From assembly GCA_038740245.1 (NCBI GenBank), contig JAVYLZ010000002.1:1-39388 (forward strand): 39,388 bases of DNA. Direction: 5' to 3'. Source of the stretch: Candidatus Micrarchaeia archaeon (lineage in GTDB: Archaea; Micrarchaeota; Micrarchaeia; CAILAH01). The position numbers and the translations under genes were made by a program. The notes beneath the pieces were generated by a model that was given only the letters and a program-made list of their open reading frames with translations, was not told the origin of the DNA and searched no databases. The first letter of the stretch is position 1. Each line of letters opens with the position of its first letter. Of this stretch, positions 26,738 through 36,423 are shown in pieces.

Positions 26738-27738
26738 TATGCATCCCTGTTCACAAACATGTCCGCAAGCAGCTCAAGCTCTTCGCGCACCTGCGGGTTT
26801 TTGACAGCTGCAAGCCGCTTTTTGGCAGTGTATACCAGCCGGTCTGCATATCTCTTTGCATAGTCAATGGACCCCGCTGCCTTCATGATGCTTATGGCAC
26901 GCTCAATCTCCTCCTGCGTGTTCTCCTTTTTTGCGAGTATGCCCATAAGCTCATTCTTCTGAAGTGCGTCAATCTTCCTTAGCGCATCAATCACAATTAG
27001 CGTGCGCTTTCCCTCCCGTATATCACCGCCAATCTCCTTCTTGTATTTCTCCTCCTCGCCTACGAGGTTAAGCACATCATCCTGTATCTGGAATGCAAGG
27101 CCTATCTCATAGCCGAACATCCGCATTTCCTCGCACTCGCGCTCACTGGCGCCACCAACATATGCGCCTATGCGCGCACATGCTGCCATCAGGTCACCGG
27201 TCTTGCCGCCGGCCATTTTAAGGTAAAGTGCCTCGTCAATGTCCCACCTGTTGTTGTGTATCCACTCAATCTCATATCCCTGCCCGTCAACAACCCCGAT
27301 AAACGCATCGGCCATCATCTCGATTACTTTGGCCTTCTCCTTTTCAGTGAGGCCGGACACGGCAACAGACCTGAATACGTGGGCGAACATCCCGTCCCCC
27401 GCGTTTATTGCCATGGGTATGCCGTGCATGATGTGCAGGCACGGCTTGCCCCTTCGCATCTCGGAGCCGTCCTCAATGTCATCATGAACCAGAGTAAAGT
27501 TATGGAATATCTCAATGCCCGCGGCAATCTCAAGCCCCCTCCTGTAATCCCCGTTGAACGCCTGTATTGACTTGAGGAGCAGGAACGGCCTGACGCGCTT
27601 GCCGCCCCTGTTCATAAAATCCCATGCAAGCGAGTAAACGCTTTTCGGTTCCCTGTCAGGCATTATGGCCAGCATCTTTGCCTCAACTTCCCCGGCCATT
27701 GAAACAATCTGTTTTTTCAATTCAGCACTTGTAAGCAT
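26737..27738 (-). CDS. idsA: Polyprenyl diphosphate synthase (GGPP synthase type)
   Basis: GGKRVRP, FTLVHDDIEDG...RRG, GQ, KT, FQIQDD, GGDIREGK. Confidence 0.93.
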   Translation of the reverse strand: MLTSAELKKQIVSMAGEVEAKMLAIMPDREPKSVYSLAWDFMNRGGKRVRPFLLLKSIQAFNGDYRRGLEIAAGIEIFHNFTLVHDDIEDGSEMRRGKPCLHIMHGIPMAINAGDGMFAHVFRSVAVSGLTEKEKAKVIEMMADAFIGVVDGQGYEIEWIHNNRWDIDEALYLKMAGGKTGDLMAACARIGAYVGGASERECEEMRMFGYEIGLAFQIQDDVLNLVGEEEKYKKEIGGDIREGKRTLIVIDALRKIDALQKNELMGILAKKENTQEEIERAISIMKAAGSIDYAKRYADRLVYTAKKRLAAVKNPQVREELELLADMFVNRDA

Positions 27739-27788
27739 GAGTTGGTTTAATTTCTAATATTTATAAAATGTTGAAGGGCAATCAAATT

Positions 27789-28433
27789 ATGCCAAAGACA
27801 GAGCGGCAGCGTGCCGAAACAAGCCTGAAAAAGCTCAGGCAGCACCTTAAGAAATGCAGCAAGCTTGAGCGGCATTTCAAGGCGCAGTACGAGCTTGCAC
27901 GGCAGTATTGCGAGGATGCGGCCCACTATTTCAGGAAGGGCGACTATTTCACATCGTTTGGCTGCTCAGATTACGCGTACGGCCTGCTGGATGCAATACT
28001 GATGGTCAAGGAAAACCAGTATTTCCCTGAGCCGGTGGTGGGCGCGGTTATACTGCGCAGCGACGGCCGCATTTTCCTTATGAAATCGCCCAAATTCCAT
28101 AACAAGTATTGCATCCCAGGCGGCCACATTGAGATAGGCGAAAAGGCAGAGAATGCCCTTGTGCGCGAGATTTATGAGGAAACAGGCCTGAAAGTATACG
28201 GGCTGCGCCACATAATCACGCATGAGTTCATCCACGACCACGTGTTCCACAAAAAGCGGCACTTCATTATGATTGACTATGTTTGCAGGGCGCACAATCC
28301 GGATGAGGTCCGGCTCAACGAGGAAGGCACTTCATATAAGTGGCTCACAGTTGATGCCGCACTCAAGTCCAGAGACATTGAGCCGTACACACTTACAGCC
28401 ATACGCGCCGCACGCGAGCAGTCCCTTATTTAG
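27789..28433 (+). CDS. DUF357-Nudix hydrolase fusion
   Basis: N-terminal LA..Y.EDA.HYF.KGD...SF....YAYGLLDA (DUF357); Nudix box GGHIEIGEKAENALVREIYEETGL. Confidence 0.85.
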   Translation: MPKTERQRAETSLKKLRQHLKKCSKLERHFKAQYELARQYCEDAAHYFRKGDYFTSFGCSDYAYGLLDAILMVKENQYFPEPVVGAVILRSDGRIFLMKSPKFHNKYCIPGGHIEIGEKAENALVREIYEETGLKVYGLRHIITHEFIHDHVFHKKRHFIMIDYVCRAHNPDEVRLNEEGTSYKWLTVDAALKSRDIEPYTLTAIRAAREQSLI

Positions 28434-28442
28434 TGATGTGCG

Positions 28443-29219
28443 ATGGCTTCAATTGAGCAAGCAATACTGCTTGGAATAATACAGGGCATTACCGAGTGGC
28501 TGCCAATATCAAGCTCGGCGCATCTTGCGCTCGCACAAATGCTATTCGGCTTGGAAACAGACATTGCGCTTGACCTGGCACTGCACATTGGCACGCTTGC
28601 AGCCGTGCTCATCTATTTTCGCAATGATATAATCGCACTTTTTAAGGATACCCTGCTGTGCAGGCCAGAGCAGTGCAACTATGCACTGGCAATATTTGCC
28701 TCCTTAATACCAACTGCAATCATAGGGTTTGCGTTTAAGGACTTTTTTGAATCAATGTTCGCATCGCTGTGGCATCTTGCGGCCGCCCTGCTGGTTACAG
28801 GTGCCCTCCTCCTGTCAACAACGCTTGTAAAATTCGGCACCCGCACACCAACACTCAGGGACTCGCTGCTGATAGGGATTGCACAAGGCATTGCGGTTGC
28901 GCCGGGCATATCACGCAGCGGCTCAACAATCGCAACTGCGCTCTTCCTCGGCATCAAGCCCATTGAGGCAGCCCGCTTTTCCTTCCTAATAAGCATCCTG
29001 CCCGTACTCGGTGCAGGCATTCTTGAGGTTGGAGGCGCACTGTCAGCGCAGGCCGATCCGCTTCCGCTGGCTGTGGGCACGCTTGCTTCAGCAGTTGTAG
29101 GATACCTGTCAATAGGCGCACTTCTCTCGCTTATGCGCACCACCGGCATACACATATTCGGGTATTACTGCATTGCGCTTGCAGCGGCACTGTGCGCATT
29201 GATTTATATAGGGCTCTAA
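28443..29219 (+). CDS. uppP: Undecaprenyl-diphosphate phosphatase (BacA family)
   Basis: QGITEWLPISSSAHL, H.GT, AQ..A..PGISRSGSTI, ARFSFL. Confidence 0.95.
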   Translation: MASIEQAILLGIIQGITEWLPISSSAHLALAQMLFGLETDIALDLALHIGTLAAVLIYFRNDIIALFKDTLLCRPEQCNYALAIFASLIPTAIIGFAFKDFFESMFASLWHLAAALLVTGALLLSTTLVKFGTRTPTLRDSLLIGIAQGIAVAPGISRSGSTIATALFLGIKPIEAARFSFLISILPVLGAGILEVGGALSAQADPLPLAVGTLASAVVGYLSIGALLSLMRTTGIHIFGYYCIALAAALCALIYIGL

Positions 29220-29233
29220 CCCCAAAAATAGCG

Positions 29234-29731
29234 ATGCCAAGGGTTCTTGTGGTATATGACACATTGTTCGGATTTACAGAGAAGATTGCAAAACGGCTCA
29301 CCGAGGAGCTGGGGGCCGATGCCGAGCGCATCATTGAAAAAAAGGACAAGTCAGGCCTTCTTGGCGCATTGCGCCCCGGCAAGCAGCTTTTTGTAGGAAG
29401 GATGGTTGAGCTTGCACCCACAGAAAAGGACCCCGCCGCATACGACCTTGTTGTAATAGTAAGCCCTGTAATGTTCAACACAATGCCGCTGCCTGTACGT
29501 GCGTACATTACAAAGTTTAAGGACAAGTTCAAGTCAGTCGCCGTCTTAGTGACCGGCGGTGTAAGCACAAGCAATACCATAAAGGACATATCATACCTGT
29601 GCGGCAAGCAGCCGGTTGCCAAAATGGGCATCACCCACCCGAGCTATTACAGCGGCCTCTATAAGAAGAAATACCAGGACTTCCTAAGGCAGATACGTGA
29701 GTCATTGGGCGCCCAACCTCCAAGGCAGTAA
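29234..29731 (+). CDS. Flavodoxin-like fold protein
   Basis: VLVVYDT.FG.TEKIA, YDLVVIVSPV, P.VR.YI, VAVLVT.G. Confidence 0.8.
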   Translation: MPRVLVVYDTLFGFTEKIAKRLTEELGADAERIIEKKDKSGLLGALRPGKQLFVGRMVELAPTEKDPAAYDLVVIVSPVMFNTMPLPVRAYITKFKDKFKSVAVLVTGGVSTSNTIKDISYLCGKQPVAKMGITHPSYYSGLYKKKYQDFLRQIRESLGAQPPRQ

Positions 29732-29791
29732 AATAAAACTCAAAGGTATGGCGTGTGCATCAGCCAATCAGAAAGCACTGCTGCAAAATGC

Positions 29792-30193
29792 CTAATGCAC
29801 ATTTTTCCGGAGGAGCCATTCAGCCGTGCGTGAAAGCCGCACTTTGCCCAAAGCCATTTTCATATCAACCCAGCGGACCCCCGTGAATGGCGGCCTGGGG
29901 CTCGCAAAGCGGTTTTTTGCCGAGACCCTGACCCCGAGCGCGGGAACCCATACCTTATTTTTGCGTGAGCCCGCATTGTGCCTTCCCTGTATCATAACCT
30001 CAAGCACCTGGACGTCAAGCCCCGCCTGTGATTCAAAGCACTGTTTGACAGCCAAGGACGGGTTTTCACCCCTTGTTATAACCCTCCCCGGCAGGGAAAG
30101 GCGCTCACTGCCGTCCGCCGTGCGCTCCACCAGGAACAGCACGCGCCCCCCGTCCTCAAGCAGGCCGCACACGAGCGCGTGCGGTGCAGGCAT
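29792..30193 (-). CDS. Nudix-fold protein with degenerate Nudix box
   Basis: GRVLFL, LSLPG...GENP..AV; QCFESQAG in place of RE..EE.G. Confidence 0.75.
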   Translation of the reverse strand: MPAPHALVCGLLEDGGRVLFLVERTADGSERLSLPGRVITRGENPSLAVKQCFESQAGLDVQVLEVMIQGRHNAGSRKNKVWVPALGVRVSAKNRFASPRPPFTGVRWVDMKMALGKVRLSRTAEWLLRKNVH

Positions 30194-30228
30194 TTCGGTT
30201 TTGCAGCCGCGCAGGGTTTCACCAGCCG

Positions 30229-31794
30229 CTAGGAAAGCAGCGCCTGCCTGACACGGCCTGCGCCAATTGCATAAATGAGCTTGCCGAGCCGCGGGCCCAT
30301 CTCCTTGCCGATTATCGCAAGATAAAGCTGCTTGAACACTTCTCTTGAGTCAACGCCATTTTCACCCGCAACTTCAAACACCAGGTTGTGGAGGTCCTCG
30401 GCGCCCATATCAGCGCGCATTTTTTCAGCGTATGCGCGCACAAGAGGCGGGTTGCCCCCCTTCAAGGATACCTTGAACATGTACCTGTCGGGTATAAGGT
30501 CTCTCCTTATCCACTCTTCAATATATTTTGAAAGCATTGCAACGCCCTGCGGGTCGCCAGTAACCTGCGCAACCTTTTCCCAATCGCCGTATACATTGTA
30601 ATAAAGTATCATATCGGAAGGCTCGGCTTTCCACACGTATTTTGCGTTGCAGAGCCTGAACGCAATCGCCTTCTTATGGTCTGCGCGGTGCATCCCGCCG
30701 CTTTCCTGCGCCGCAGCCTCGGAAGCCCTCTTGTAATCATCCAGCAGCGGGAACAGCGTATCCTTGTCAATAACAAGCTCCTTGTCCTCCTGCACATCCG
30801 GCTTGAGGAGCATATACTTAATCAGCTCAACGGGCGCGAGCCGAAGCAAATCACTAACAGTATGCCCTATCCCCTTGCTCTTGCTGTATTTTTTACCCTT
30901 GTACTTGAGCAGTCCGAACTTGTACATGTAAGGCGGCTCCTCATTGTAAATTTTCCTGTGCACCTCAACAAGCGTGCTTATCGTGCCCCCGCGCGTGTGG
31001 TGGTCAACGCTGCCCCCCTCAACCGCTACGTTCATGAATTTCTGGCGGGTCGGCCAGTCAAGGCGGAACAGCAGCTTGTATTTGTGGTCGCTTATTGCAT
31101 TCTCCCCTTTATACCCGCACTTGCTGCACCTGTACCCGTATTTTCCGCCCGCATACCATTCAACAACATTCTTGTCAATGTTCCTGCAGTTTGTGCACAG
31201 TGGCATGATTGGGAACCAGTCATCAGGCATTGCCTCCCTGAGCGAGCTTTGGCGCACAATCTCCTTAACCTCATCCTTGCGCTCGCATAGCGTTTTCGCG
31301 TACTCATCATACAGCCCCCTTGCGTACAGCTCGCTTGCCCTCAGGAACTCAACTTCAACCCCGAAAATACCCATTATTTCCTTGGTCTCGCTTATGAAAT
31401 GGTCTGCAAAGCTTGTATGGCACCCCTTAGGATCCCTTGCAAGGGCAAGCGGCAGCCCCATATCCTCCTGTATAACACTGGCATATTCCTTCAGCGGCTC
31501 GGGCACCGAGTCAACTGCATCCAGGTCATCGGACACAAACACGAACCGCACATCGCCATACTGCCCCAGCATCTTTGCAATTGCATACGCAAACATAAAC
31601 TCGCACAAAGTGCCCGGGTGCACAGGACCGCTGGGCGTAATGCCGGACATTACAACATAGGGCGGCTTCCGCTCGGCACGTATCCTGCTTGCAATAATCT
31701 CTGACCAGTGCATATTTTTTATGTGGTCGCCAGCATTCCTGGCATCTTCATTCTCCATGTCCATGGCCGCACCCTGTTGATTATTGGCCGGCAT
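30229..31794 (-). CDS. lysS: Lysine--tRNA ligase, class I
   Basis: HW, SGITPSGPVHPG, DP.GCH.S.A.HF, two CxxC motifs, KL..R.DWP, DH, KYSKSKG, GPRLG; start could be 31764. Confidence 0.95.
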   Translation of the reverse strand: MPANNQQGAAMDMENEDARNAGDHIKNMHWSEIIASRIRAERKPPYVVMSGITPSGPVHPGTLCEFMFAYAIAKMLGQYGDVRFVFVSDDLDAVDSVPEPLKEYASVIQEDMGLPLALARDPKGCHTSFADHFISETKEIMGIFGVEVEFLRASELYARGLYDEYAKTLCERKDEVKEIVRQSSLREAMPDDWFPIMPLCTNCRNIDKNVVEWYAGGKYGYRCSKCGYKGENAISDHKYKLLFRLDWPTRQKFMNVAVEGGSVDHHTRGGTISTLVEVHRKIYNEEPPYMYKFGLLKYKGKKYSKSKGIGHTVSDLLRLAPVELIKYMLLKPDVQEDKELVIDKDTLFPLLDDYKRASEAAAQESGGMHRADHKKAIAFRLCNAKYVWKAEPSDMILYYNVYGDWEKVAQVTGDPQGVAMLSKYIEEWIRRDLIPDRYMFKVSLKGGNPPLVRAYAEKMRADMGAEDLHNLVFEVAGENGVDSREVFKQLYLAIIGKEMGPRLGKLIYAIGAGRVRQALLS

Positions 31795-31853
31795 TCTTAT
31801 ATAATGCCGTGCGGGTCGGAATGTTTAAATTAGTTATGCGCACCCAAAACCGC

Positions 31854-32627
31854 ATGGCACAGGTAAACTCCAGGTATAACATTAATCCTCCCCGCACGCC
31901 TACATTGATAAGTGGCGAATCGTTCAAGGAACTGCTTGCCAGTGCAATCTCACAGGGCAAGTCCGAGCAGGCCAGACATATGCTTTCACACATACCTGGC
32001 ACATCGTTTGACAGGGTAATGGTGCTCGTTGAGTGCCTTCCTGAGGAGATTGGGCCGCTGCAACGTGCAGCCGCATCCTCCTGCATACAGGGGCTGGGCC
32101 AGGCGCACATCCGCGCAATACTTGGCAACTCATTTTATGAGCCGTGGCAGAAGCGCGCATTTGTGGAAATATTCAGGGAAGATTCAGGGCATCTGCCAAC
32201 CCAAATGCTGTCAAGCATATACTCGCTGCTGCTTTCGCAGAAGAAGATATATTCAAGGCACGGCGGCACACAGACCAAACTATGGTTTTCATATTACATA
32301 GAGGACCTTTACAGGTACAAGCAGCAATCGCTCAGCCATTACCTGAATATGTATTCAGCACGCGTCTATGGTGAATACGAGAACAACGTGTCAACGTTCA
32401 TATGCAAGCTCATATCAGCGTCGGCAAAGCCGCTGCACGAGGCGCTTCAGGACCATTTAAGCCCAAGCACGCTGCGCGGCAATGCAAAGCACAACGCGCT
32501 TATTGCGCTTAAGAACCGCGACAGCGCCCTTGCGAAAGCATATGCGGGCATCATAATTTCAAGCTATCTTGCAGGCAGCGGCCACATTGAGCCGGAGACG
32601 TTTGAGCTTGCCAACTCACTTGTTTAA
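31854..32627 (+). CDS. Hypothetical alpha-helical protein
   Basis: Long ORF filling the gap; TTTAAAT upstream; stop overlaps the convergent stop (TTAA). Confidence 0.6.
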   Translation: MAQVNSRYNINPPRTPTLISGESFKELLASAISQGKSEQARHMLSHIPGTSFDRVMVLVECLPEEIGPLQRAAASSCIQGLGQAHIRAILGNSFYEPWQKRAFVEIFREDSGHLPTQMLSSIYSLLLSQKKIYSRHGGTQTKLWFSYYIEDLYRYKQQSLSHYLNMYSARVYGEYENNVSTFICKLISASAKPLHEALQDHLSPSTLRGNAKHNALIALKNRDSALAKAYAGIIISSYLAGSGHIEPETFELANSLV

Positions 32628-33736
32628 AATGAGTCCTCTAACTTGTGCGCAAACCGCTTAATCCAGGACCTGAATGCCGACCCGCACTTCCTGTTATTGC
32701 CGACCTCCTCAATTACCTGTGCGGCCTCCGCGGCAGCCTGCGCGGGGCGTGCAACTGCTGCCAGCAGTTTCACCGCCTCAGTGCTCCGCTTTGAGGTTGC
32801 CATCTTGACTGCGAGCTCAACAGCCCTCCTATCCACCCATTCATCATCAAGCACTACGCCAAACCCGAGGCGTTGTGCGCCAAGAGCATTATTTTCCCTT
32901 TCAGTATACCCTTTAAGAGGTATGCAGATTACAGGTGTTCCAGAGCACATTGCTTCCATGATTGATGTGTGCCCACCGTGAAACACCACAAACGGTGCGG
33001 CGGCAATCGCACGCCTGACCTTTGCCATATCCATCTTCCCATTGGCAATTACCGTGCCGTATCCCAAGCCCCTTATTGCATCGGCCACAATATCCGCGCC
33101 GTCGGAGGCAACGCCAGTGCCGCCCATACTTATCAGCACCTTCTTGCCCTTTTTTGCGCGTGTGCAGTCAACAACCGGTCCCACAAACCTGAATTTTTTC
33201 TCCTGCCCGAAATAATCAATGTTTGCTGCAGCAACAGTGAACGGCGGGGGGAAGTCCGGCACAATCACCCGCTCTGAAACATCTATGATTGCCTTTGAGA
33301 ACAGGTCAGTGCCCCTTTCAACTATTACGTGCGTTTTCGGGAATACATACCACACTTTCGTGCAGTTTGTTATGCACACAACCTTCTTGCCAAGCAGTTT
33401 TGCTGCAAGCGCACCCAGCAGGTAGCCGTCAACCACAACCACATCCGGCCTTTCCTTGAGCAGCAGTGCGCTAATCCTGTTTACGAAATCCGGCTGGAGC
33501 TTGCGAACGCTTTTCAGCAGGCTTCCCCCAATGCTTATTTTATCCTTGTTGAGAGCAATGTCTCCCACCTCAGGCAGCTCGGTTGCATTCCTATATCCGT
33601 TTTTCCGCAGCGTTTCCAGTGCAAGCCCGTATGATGATGCGCTTACATAATGCCTTTTTGAGAGCTCCCTCATTATTGGGAGGTCACGCATAACGTGCCC
33701 AAGCCCCATCCCGTTAACCATAAAGTGTATCCTCAT
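32624..33736 (-). CDS. GT-B glycosyltransferase (MJ1255 / GT28-like)
   Basis: NGMGLGHVMR, ERPDVVVVDG, VPDFPPPFTV, FVGP, ISMGG, HGGHTSIMEA..GTP..IP...E. Confidence 0.88.
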   Translation of the reverse strand: MRIHFMVNGMGLGHVMRDLPIMRELSKRHYVSASSYGLALETLRKNGYRNATELPEVGDIALNKDKISIGGSLLKSVRKLQPDFVNRISALLLKERPDVVVVDGYLLGALAAKLLGKKVVCITNCTKVWYVFPKTHVIVERGTDLFSKAIIDVSERVIVPDFPPPFTVAAANIDYFGQEKKFRFVGPVVDCTRAKKGKKVLISMGGTGVASDGADIVADAIRGLGYGTVIANGKMDMAKVRRAIAAAPFVVFHGGHTSIMEAMCSGTPVICIPLKGYTERENNALGAQRLGFGVVLDDEWVDRRAVELAVKMATSKRSTEAVKLLAAVARPAQAAAEAAQVIEEVGNNRKCGSAFRSWIKRFAHKLEDSF

Positions 33737-33748
33737 GCGCAAACACCC

Positions 33749-35518
33749 TTACCGTGCACCGCCGCCACCGCCGCCGTGGCCGCCGCCAAACCCTCCGCCA
33801 AAATGCCCGCCGCCCCTGCCACGTGATGATGGCGGTGTGTAAGTTGGCCTGAAGCCAGACCGCATTGCACCATAGAAATGCGGCCGCGAGCAGAAGTATG
33901 ATACGCGGGACCGCTCAATGAACGCCGGCGCGACACGCCCCATCGCCTTTATTGCCTCCTGCGCGACACCAAGTGCGACTGCATAAACCATATAGTGGTC
34001 CCACAGCTTTATGCTTGAGGGGGGATGCTCCTCAAGCGCACTGTAATCGGTTATGTATTTCCTGAAGTTTGACCACTTTAGGTTTAGTATCCTGCCCTCT
34101 CGTGTCCACCTTGCAAGGAACATCTTGCCTGCAATGCTGATAGCAACCGCGCATAAAAAGGCCACCATATTGCTTACACAGAATGCACCGGTAAACATAG
34201 CTTCAATTTCAACGGGCAGGAAGCGTGTCTCCTCATTAACGTAAATCAGTACAAACAGCATAATGAATGAGATTATAAAGTATGCAGAAAGGATTGGCAC
34301 AATAAGATTATGCCCGCGCGAATCAATAAACCTGCCAATATCCAGATTCCTTTTTGCATTTCCCTTCCACTTGTTTATGAATTCGTAAAATTCTTTTGTT
34401 GGCGATACATCCCTTGAGAACGAGTCCAAGTCAAGCCTGCCTCCGGCGGCTTTGCCCCCGATATACTCAAGCATCTCCCTCTCATCATCACTCAGCTTTT
34501 CACTGGAATCCCTGAACACAAGCACAATTTTCTTCTTGTCGGCACTTTCCTCAAGCTCAACATACCCCTTGTCCACAAGAGACATTATAGTCCCCAATAT
34601 TGCATTTTGCAGGTCATTGTCCTTGAGCTCGTCGCCCACGATAAGCATAAGAGCCTGCACAGGCGAATGTGCGCTCGGCAGGTCATGCTCATATATTGCG
34701 TTATACCCAACCTGCTCGGCACTAAGCTCCCGCCCGTAAAGCAGGTATGCCAGTACAACAAGCACAACCGGAAAGACCGCAAACCCGAATATGCACAGGG
34801 GGGCAAGCAGCTGCAGCACACTGCCCACACCAAGCCAGAACAAAGTTTCCTTCTCCTTATTGATTATATCCTGCCTTGAAATCTTCCCGTTATAATAGTA
34901 GTAACCTTCTGCGGTGAACCATTTCTTGGGCATGAGTAGGTTTATTTCAAGCAGCTCGCCGGCCGGCTGCACAGAATTTATCCGTATTTCATTTCCCGAG
35001 GCAGTGGTCTTCGGCTGGTCCCACCCCCTGCAATGCACAAAATACTCAGTTTCAGACACTTTGCCGGGCAGTTTCACGACAAATTCAACTGGCGCCTGCT
35101 TTTTCCACTTGTCCCCCCACAGTATGTAATAGAACTGTGCTGTGTCATTATACATGTTTATTGCCCTGACATCATACTCAAAATGCGAGGTGATGCGGCC
35201 GCACCCGCCACCTACAAGCTCGTTTATCAGCTCCCTGTCCCCAGTAACTGAAACACGCGGTTCATCAATCCTGAACCTGCACTCCGCACCGTCGCACCAG
35301 CCGCGCGCGTTTGAAACAGCCAAGTCGCTTGGCTTTTGCACGTAAAGCTCCCTGAACTTGTCATACTGGCAATCATATAATCGGTATGTGATAGCTTCGT
35401 GGACGTGCACGGTGCCGTTTGCATTTATTGTATATTCCCCGTATGCCTTCTCAATGCTGAAATCCTTGGCCGCAGCAAACGGCACCACAAGCAGCAGAAG
35501 TAGCAGGCCCCCCTTCAT
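33749..35518 (-). CDS. DUF2207 family membrane protein
   Basis: Signal peptide; I.A.G..HVHE.ITY; W..F.KYITDYS; WDHYMVYAVALGVA; Gly-rich tail GGGFGGGHGGGGGGAR. Confidence 0.92.
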   Translation of the reverse strand: MKGGLLLLLLVVPFAAAKDFSIEKAYGEYTINANGTVHVHEAITYRLYDCQYDKFRELYVQKPSDLAVSNARGWCDGAECRFRIDEPRVSVTGDRELINELVGGGCGRITSHFEYDVRAINMYNDTAQFYYILWGDKWKKQAPVEFVVKLPGKVSETEYFVHCRGWDQPKTTASGNEIRINSVQPAGELLEINLLMPKKWFTAEGYYYYNGKISRQDIINKEKETLFWLGVGSVLQLLAPLCIFGFAVFPVVLVVLAYLLYGRELSAEQVGYNAIYEHDLPSAHSPVQALMLIVGDELKDNDLQNAILGTIMSLVDKGYVELEESADKKKIVLVFRDSSEKLSDDEREMLEYIGGKAAGGRLDLDSFSRDVSPTKEFYEFINKWKGNAKRNLDIGRFIDSRGHNLIVPILSAYFIISFIMLFVLIYVNEETRFLPVEIEAMFTGAFCVSNMVAFLCAVAISIAGKMFLARWTREGRILNLKWSNFRKYITDYSALEEHPPSSIKLWDHYMVYAVALGVAQEAIKAMGRVAPAFIERSRVSYFCSRPHFYGAMRSGFRPTYTPPSSRGRGGGHFGGGFGGGHGGGGGGAR

Positions 35519-35586
35519 AAGCTTACCTTTGCGGATAATCTTTATTACCTTATTTAATTAATCGGCCGAAAAAGTTAGTGGCAGGT

Positions 35587-35976
35587 ATGCATATGTTTGA
35601 TGTGCTGGTCCGTTTCAGAAAGCATTTGCTATGGGCATACTCTATTGCGCTTGCGCTAGTGCTCGCATTGCCGCTCGCACCGCCAACCCCTGACCCCATA
35701 TTCTCATATATGGCGCATTTCCTGCTTTTTTTCGGGCTTCACACAGCCGCTGAATTTGCGCACCTGTTTGCCGGCGGGCGGCACATCGCCAAGTATACCC
35801 TGATGATGGCCGTGCTGCTTGAAGCGATGCAGGCATTCATACCATACAGGCAGTTTGATATTATTGACCTCTCAGCAAACATTTTCGGTGTGTTTTGCGG
35901 GTATGCGCTCGCATTATCCATAAGAATGTACAGCCCTTTAGCCCGTACACTTGGCAGATTCTCACGCAAAAAATAG
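35587..35976 (+). CDS. VanZ-like membrane protein
   Basis: AHFLLF, EAMQAFIPYR.FD..DL.AN..G. Confidence 0.85.
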   Translation: MHMFDVLVRFRKHLLWAYSIALALVLALPLAPPTPDPIFSYMAHFLLFFGLHTAAEFAHLFAGGRHIAKYTLMMAVLLEAMQAFIPYRQFDIIDLSANIFGVFCGYALALSIRMYSPLARTLGRFSRKK

Positions 35977-36089
35977 AATGAGTGGCACTACCAGAAGGCA
36001 AGTTCCGGCCCATCAACACTTGTGTATGTTACCCCCCGCTGGCGGAAGCATTTGTATTGCTTATATTATTTACAGGCCCATCTAATCCC

Positions 36090-36410
36090 ATGTTCCCGAC
36101 AGACCCGCGGCAGATGCAGGCACTTATGCGGCAGATGGGCATCAAGATAAAGCCCCTTGAGGCAAAGCGCGTAGTAATTGAATGTGAAGGCAGCAACATA
36201 ATCATTGAATCACCGCAGATAATGGAAATGAGCGACGCAAAGGGCATACCCACATATACCATTTCAGGCAAGATACGTGAGGAAACCCCGCTTAGCGAGG
36301 AGGACATAAAGCTCATAATGGATGGGACGGGCGCCACACGCGAGCAGGCAATAGACGCACTCAAAAAGCACGGCGATGTTGCCTCTGCAATAGTTGCGCT
36401 CAAGGGCTAG
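36090..36410 (+). CDS. nac: Nascent polypeptide-associated complex protein (aeNAC)
   Basis: DPRQMQALMRQMGI, A.RVVIE, P, EEDIKLIM..TGA..E.A..AL...GDVA.AI; start moved to ATG 36090. Confidence 0.93.
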   Translation: MFPTDPRQMQALMRQMGIKIKPLEAKRVVIECEGSNIIIESPQIMEMSDAKGIPTYTISGKIREETPLSEEDIKLIMDGTGATREQAIDALKKHGDVASAIVALKG

Positions 36411-36423
36411 CCCTTCGGCGCCG

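Noticed and set aside
33749-33830. GC-rich CCG repeats
   Set aside because: They encode the normal Gly-rich DUF2207 tail
35979-36037. Hammerhead ribozyme, tRNA fragment or fluoride riboswitch
   Set aside because: Lacks the CUGAUGA/GAAA core, a TTC T-loop and the riboswitch consensus
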